In this document: positions 60,151 through 64,000 of the stretch, in pieces
How the letters are laid out: each line of letters starts with the position of its first letter
Position numbering within the stretch: the first letter of the stretch is position 1
NCBI GenBank assembly: GCA_918797485.1
Contig: CAKKNE010000005.1
Span: 2,294,001 to 2,358,000 of the forward strand
Source of the DNA: Pelagomonas calceolata
Taxonomy: Eukaryota
Direction: 5' to 3'
DNA: 64,000 nucleotides
Notes under the pieces: model-generated
Told to the model about the DNA's origin: nothing
Seen by the model: only the letters and a program-made list of their open reading frames with translations
The model's database searches: none
Made by a program: the position numbers and the translations under genes

Positions 60151-60301
60151 CTGGCCGGACCCGCGGCTCATTTTTGCCGCATTTGTGCCAAGGAAGCGCG
60201 CTGTGGCTCGCTCAGAGAGCCCTTGTCGTCATCCGAACGCGTGGACTCGTCGCCGTCGTGCAGCGGCACAGTCCCATCTGCACACTCACATTTGCTGACC
60301 C

Positions 60302-61381
60302 ATGGCTCTCACGGCGCTCCCGAGTGACTGCCTGCTTGCCTGCTTGGCACGCGTGCCCTACGCCGACCTGCGCAATGTCATCCCCAGCACTTGCAAGAGC
60401 CTGCGCGACGCCGTGACGTCGGCGGCGTTGCGCAAAACGCGAGAAGCGGCTGGATGGACGGAGTGGGCTGTGTTCGCGGGTCGATACGCCGTTGGGTCAC
60501 AGTGTTTTATCATTACGGCGTTGGGCGCGCGCCGCACGGCGCGTCGTCCACACGTTCACGGCGAATTTGTAACGCGCTTCTCGCTGTCGAGTGGCCAAGA
60601 TGCGGTAATCGTCATGGAGAACGAAAACAGGTCAATGCGTGCTTGTGTGTTTGACCCGCGCCAGGATTGCTGGCACTATATCTCTCCGCTCTTTCTAGTG
60701 CAGAACGTTGGCAGTCAACTCCAGGGCAATATTTCCACCGAGGGTGCGACTGGGACAGCACTTGGTAGTTCCATCATGGCTCTTGGCGGTGCTTCTGATA
60801 GGAACTTCGACCTGTACGACACTTCCCAAAATACATGGTCGCGGCAGCTCCCACTGCCATTCAATAGCTCATATTCGCAATTCGTAGAGGTCGCCGGGAG
60901 GCTCTGGTGTTACGCATCTAATGATCATCTCCAGGAAACGCATATATATGATCCTGAGACGCGCCTTTGGACAGCCGGACCGCGCCTCCCGTTTGCACTT
61001 TTTCAGGGCGGCACAGGCGTTCATTGGCACACCAATGCGTTAGAAGTGCATGGTAAGTTCTGCATCATGGCCTATTTCGAGTTGATTCCTGAAACAGCGA
61101 GCTACTCGGCTTTCGTGTGGGACCCGGCCAGAGAAAGTTGGGACGAAGCGCCATTTCCCGTGCCGCCGGTCGTCGGCTTCGAGTGTAGCCACATTGACGG
61201 CCATCTCATTGTTAGCGGCCACCTTCCTTCGGACCTGGGCCCGGATACCATGCAGTTGGGCGCGTCCGATGATGATTCACGCCTCTTCGTGCTGAGCCCG
61301 GGTAGCACGGAATGGGCCGAGTGGCGCCTCCCCGACGGTGTCGAGCGAGCGACGCGCATCGCCGCGATTCGCCTCGGTTAG
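60302..61381 (+). CDS. F-box-like plus Kelch repeat protein (paralog A)
   Basis: LPSDCLLACLARVP; ALGG..YDTSQNTW, YDPETRLWTAGP. Confidence 0.8.
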   Translation: MALTALPSDCLLACLARVPYADLRNVIPSTCKSLRDAVTSAALRKTREAAGWTEWAVFAGRYAVGSQCFIITALGARRTARRPHVHGEFVTRFSLSSGQDAVIVMENENRSMRACVFDPRQDCWHYISPLFLVQNVGSQLQGNISTEGATGTALGSSIMALGGASDRNFDLYDTSQNTWSRQLPLPFNSSYSQFVEVAGRLWCYASNDHLQETHIYDPETRLWTAGPRLPFALFQGGTGVHWHTNALEVHGKFCIMAYFELIPETASYSAFVWDPARESWDEAPFPVPPVVGFECSHIDGHLIVSGHLPSDLGPDTMQLGASDDDSRLFVLSPGSTEWAEWRLPDGVERATRIAAIRLG

Positions 61382-61409
61382 TTGTATAAGAATGTTCCAC
61401 TACACATAC

Positions 61410-62666
61410 TTACGCCAGCCCCGCGAAGATCGCGTCGACGCCCTCCTGATCTTTCTGAAGCTTCGCGCGCTTCAGGCGCCGCCGCTCCTTCGCGTTGAGC
61501 GCGACCTCCGCTGACTCGGGCACGGCCTCGACGGAGGGCGACCGCTCCCGCTTCATGTCCTCGAGCCGCCGCGGCGCCAAAATCTCGGGCTCTGACAATT
61601 TCCCAGAGAACTTCTCGAAGGGGTTCTCTTCCGCGGAAATCCTACAAACGATCTTCGTCAGGTAGGCCGCGGGATTATCAAAACTTTCCCTCCCCTCGAG
61701 TGACGCGAACTCTTCCAGGGCCATATTGGCCACTCTTCCAGAGCGCCTTTGCAGCAATTTCCGCACCCCTTCATCAAACACCCTCTCTTCAATCCGACCT
61801 TGCGACACGAACTCGCCTATAACTCTATCGACGCTCTCCTCGATTTTTTGGTCCTGCCGCTCGCGATGCCTCTTGAGCTTGTCCTTTTTGGTGGCCTTGC
61901 CCCCACCAGCACTCTTTTCCACATTAACTCTTCTCCCGTCCAAATGGGCGTGGTGGCACGCGACGCACGCATACAGCGCTTCCGCCGTCTCGCACTCCAC
62001 GAACGCCATACCTCTACTTCTTTTCGTCTTCGCGTCCGTTAACAGTCGCACCTTCAGGGTCCCCTCGACGCCCTGGCTCCGGAAGAACTGCTCGATGCGC
62101 TCCTTGGTGGTGGAGTAGTGGAGCTGGCCGACGAAGGCCACGAGCGGCGCGCGCTTCGGTGGTTGTGAGGCCCGCTTCGGCGGCGGCGCGGCGGGGCCCT
62201 CGCCGCGCGCGGCGGCGCGCTTCGCGAGGCGGCGCTCCTTGGCCGTCGTCGGCGCCGCCGCCGGCGCCTGCGGCGCCTGCGCCGCCGCGGGCGCCGCCTC
62301 TCCGCGCGCGGCGGCGCGTTTTGCTAGTCGCCGCTCCTTGGCCGTCGTGCGGCCGGCCGGCGCCGGCGCCGACGACGTCGCCGCGCCGCGCGGCACCGGC
62401 GCCGGTGCCGGCGCCTCGGCCGCGCGCGCTGCGGCTCGTTTCGCTAGGCGGCGCTGTTTCGCAGTCATGCCGTCGCTTGCGTCGCTCGACGGGGCCTTCG
62501 CAGTCATGCTGTCGCTTGCGTCGCTTGACGGGGCCGCGCTCGCGGGCGCTGGCACTGCTGCAGCAGCAGGGGTGCCATTGCTTGCAGCCGCCCGCGCGGC
62601 CGCGCGTTTCGCCAGCCGTCGCTGCTTGGCAGTCATGCCGTCGGTCGCTGTGGCGTCGGCCGACAT
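61410..62666 (-). CDS. RRM RNA-binding protein (Nop6-like) with TAK(Q/E)RRLAKRAAAR repeats
   Basis: RNP2 AFVGQL, RNP1 RGMAFVEC, GRRVNVEKSAGGG. Confidence 0.85.
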   Translation of the reverse strand: MSADATATDGMTAKQRRLAKRAAARAAASNGTPAAAAVPAPASAAPSSDASDSMTAKAPSSDASDGMTAKQRRLAKRAAARAAEAPAPAPVPRGAATSSAPAPAGRTTAKERRLAKRAAARGEAAPAAAQAPQAPAAAPTTAKERRLAKRAAARGEGPAAPPPKRASQPPKRAPLVAFVGQLHYSTTKERIEQFFRSQGVEGTLKVRLLTDAKTKRSRGMAFVECETAEALYACVACHHAHLDGRRVNVEKSAGGGKATKKDKLKRHRERQDQKIEESVDRVIGEFVSQGRIEERVFDEGVRKLLQRRSGRVANMALEEFASLEGRESFDNPAAYLTKIVCRISAEENPFEKFSGKLSEPEILAPRRLEDMKRERSPSVEAVPESAEVALNAKERRRLKRAKLQKDQEGVDAIFAGLA

Positions 62667-62784
62667 GGCTCAGTGAGGATCTGTGCGAACTGCTGCGGCC
62701 CGGAGACGGCAATGTCGCCCGAGAGCAGCGCAAGTGACCTGTCTTAAACTCCGCCGTCGAGGCCAAATTTCGCTAGAAATCGCA

Positions 62785-63870
62785 ATGCTGCGCATCACTG
62801 ATCTACCAAACGACTGCTTGCTCGCGTGTCTCGCGAGGTGCCCGTACGCCGACCTGCGCAATGCTGTCCCCTCGACATGCAAGCAATTGCGTGATGCCGT
62901 CGCGTCGTCGGCGTTCCGGAAGACGCGAGAGGCGTCGGGTTGGGTGGAGTGGGGCGTCTTCGCGACGGCACGAGGGGCTTCGACTGACGCCTGTTTTCTG
63001 ATCACCGAATCGGGCACACGCCGTACGGCGCCACGTCCACCATACCAATCAGGCTACTATGTCGAGCGCCCTCAAAACGAGGTCATCGTCATGAGTGGCC
63101 TGGAGCCTATGCGCGCTCGCGCCTATAACCCCAGCGAGAATACATGGCGGGACATCGCACCGCTGGTGCGAATGTATGGCGGCAGGAATTACGATTCTCT
63201 TGACTATCAAGCTTCATTAGGCTGCGTTGGCGGCCATCTTGTGGTCCTCGGTGGCGGGATTGATGAAAGCCGCGAGCCTTTGATGAGGCGCATGGATGCG
63301 TACGATCCAGCTGAGGACACGTGGTCGAGGCTGCCGGATGTGCCATTTACTAGCGACATGAACGGCTTGGTTGAAGTCGGCGGGAAGTTGTATTGCTTTG
63401 GTGGCTATCAAGGGCATCAAGGGCCCGGAAGTCAGCACGAAGATGCACGGCGGACGTTTGTCTATGATCCAGCGACCCGCGCCTGGACGGACGGGCCGCG
63501 GCTTCCACACGAGCCACTGGTCAATGAATATGGTCTTAAATACATTTCAGCCTTCGAGCGATCAAAGCGTCTCTGTATCATGGGCACCTTTAGTCTGAAT
63601 GACGGCCCCTTTAGTCCCTCTCTTTTCTTGGCTTTCGTGTGGGACCCGACGAGAGAGACTTGGGACGCGTTTCCTACGCCGCCGGTCGTGCCCGAATACA
63701 GGAGCGTTAGCCAGGTGGACGGTCATGTTGTTGCTTACGGTTATGATTCTGCCGGGGAGCACATCTTCGTGCTGCGTCCGGGCAGCAGAAACTGGGCCGA
63801 GTGGGACATCCCCGCCGTGGTCGACAACGCAATACCGTTGCCTCACTTCCACGCGGTCCGCATCGGCTAG
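62785..63870 (+). CDS. F-box-like plus Kelch repeat protein (paralog B)
   Basis: LPNDCLLACLARCP; VLGG..YDPAEDTW, GKLYCFGG, YDPATRAWTDGP. Confidence 0.85.
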   Translation: MLRITDLPNDCLLACLARCPYADLRNAVPSTCKQLRDAVASSAFRKTREASGWVEWGVFATARGASTDACFLITESGTRRTAPRPPYQSGYYVERPQNEVIVMSGLEPMRARAYNPSENTWRDIAPLVRMYGGRNYDSLDYQASLGCVGGHLVVLGGGIDESREPLMRRMDAYDPAEDTWSRLPDVPFTSDMNGLVEVGGKLYCFGGYQGHQGPGSQHEDARRTFVYDPATRAWTDGPRLPHEPLVNEYGLKYISAFERSKRLCIMGTFSLNDGPFSPSLFLAFVWDPTRETWDAFPTPPVVPEYRSVSQVDGHVVAYGYDSAGEHIFVLRPGSRNWAEWDIPAVVDNAIPLPHFHAVRIG

Positions 63871-64000
63871 GAATGTGTGTATTGTAGTAAGTGTGTAGTA
63901 TACAAACAAGGGATCTTATACATCAGGCGGCCGGCTGGCTGTAGTGCACGTACGCGCGCATCGGCTCGTCCCTCAGATGAGCTTGCAATTTCCGCCGGTT

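Overview
This is a gene-dense, GC-rich, intron-poor eukaryotic nuclear window. Gene content, bipartite plastid-type signals, flagellar genes and short repeat-bearing introns suggest a pelagophyte alga (Pelagomonas/Aureococcus-like); that assignment is an inference. About 33 protein-coding genes can be supported, including a cytosolic carboxypeptidase, GatB, THOC1, DnaJ, an H+-PPase, TFB5, PanE, DNAAF4 and eL40. I found no rRNA, tRNA or CRISPR array. Main observations: (1) a ~1.45 kb region without a credible ORF (14060-15540) that folds on the + strand into several long G.U-containing arms, includes a perfect 23-bp duplex and carries an apparent spliceosomal intron, so it is a candidate large structured ncRNA; (2) a 21-22 bp CTAG-N13/14-CTAG element (consensus CTAGTGTCTTACAGGCCGCTAG), with 12 good and 2 degenerate copies, all upstream of genes and mostly in divergent promoters; (3) a family of 74-109 nt introner-like introns sharing an internal TCGATGGCGT core and, in some cases, terminal inverted repeats; (4) a GREB1/TAGT (base-J glucosyltransferase-like) gene next to a dCMP-deaminase-like gene; (5) an eL40 gene with no ubiquitin fusion; (6) two large cell-surface proteins sharing a Cys-rich module and an upstream 13-bp motif.
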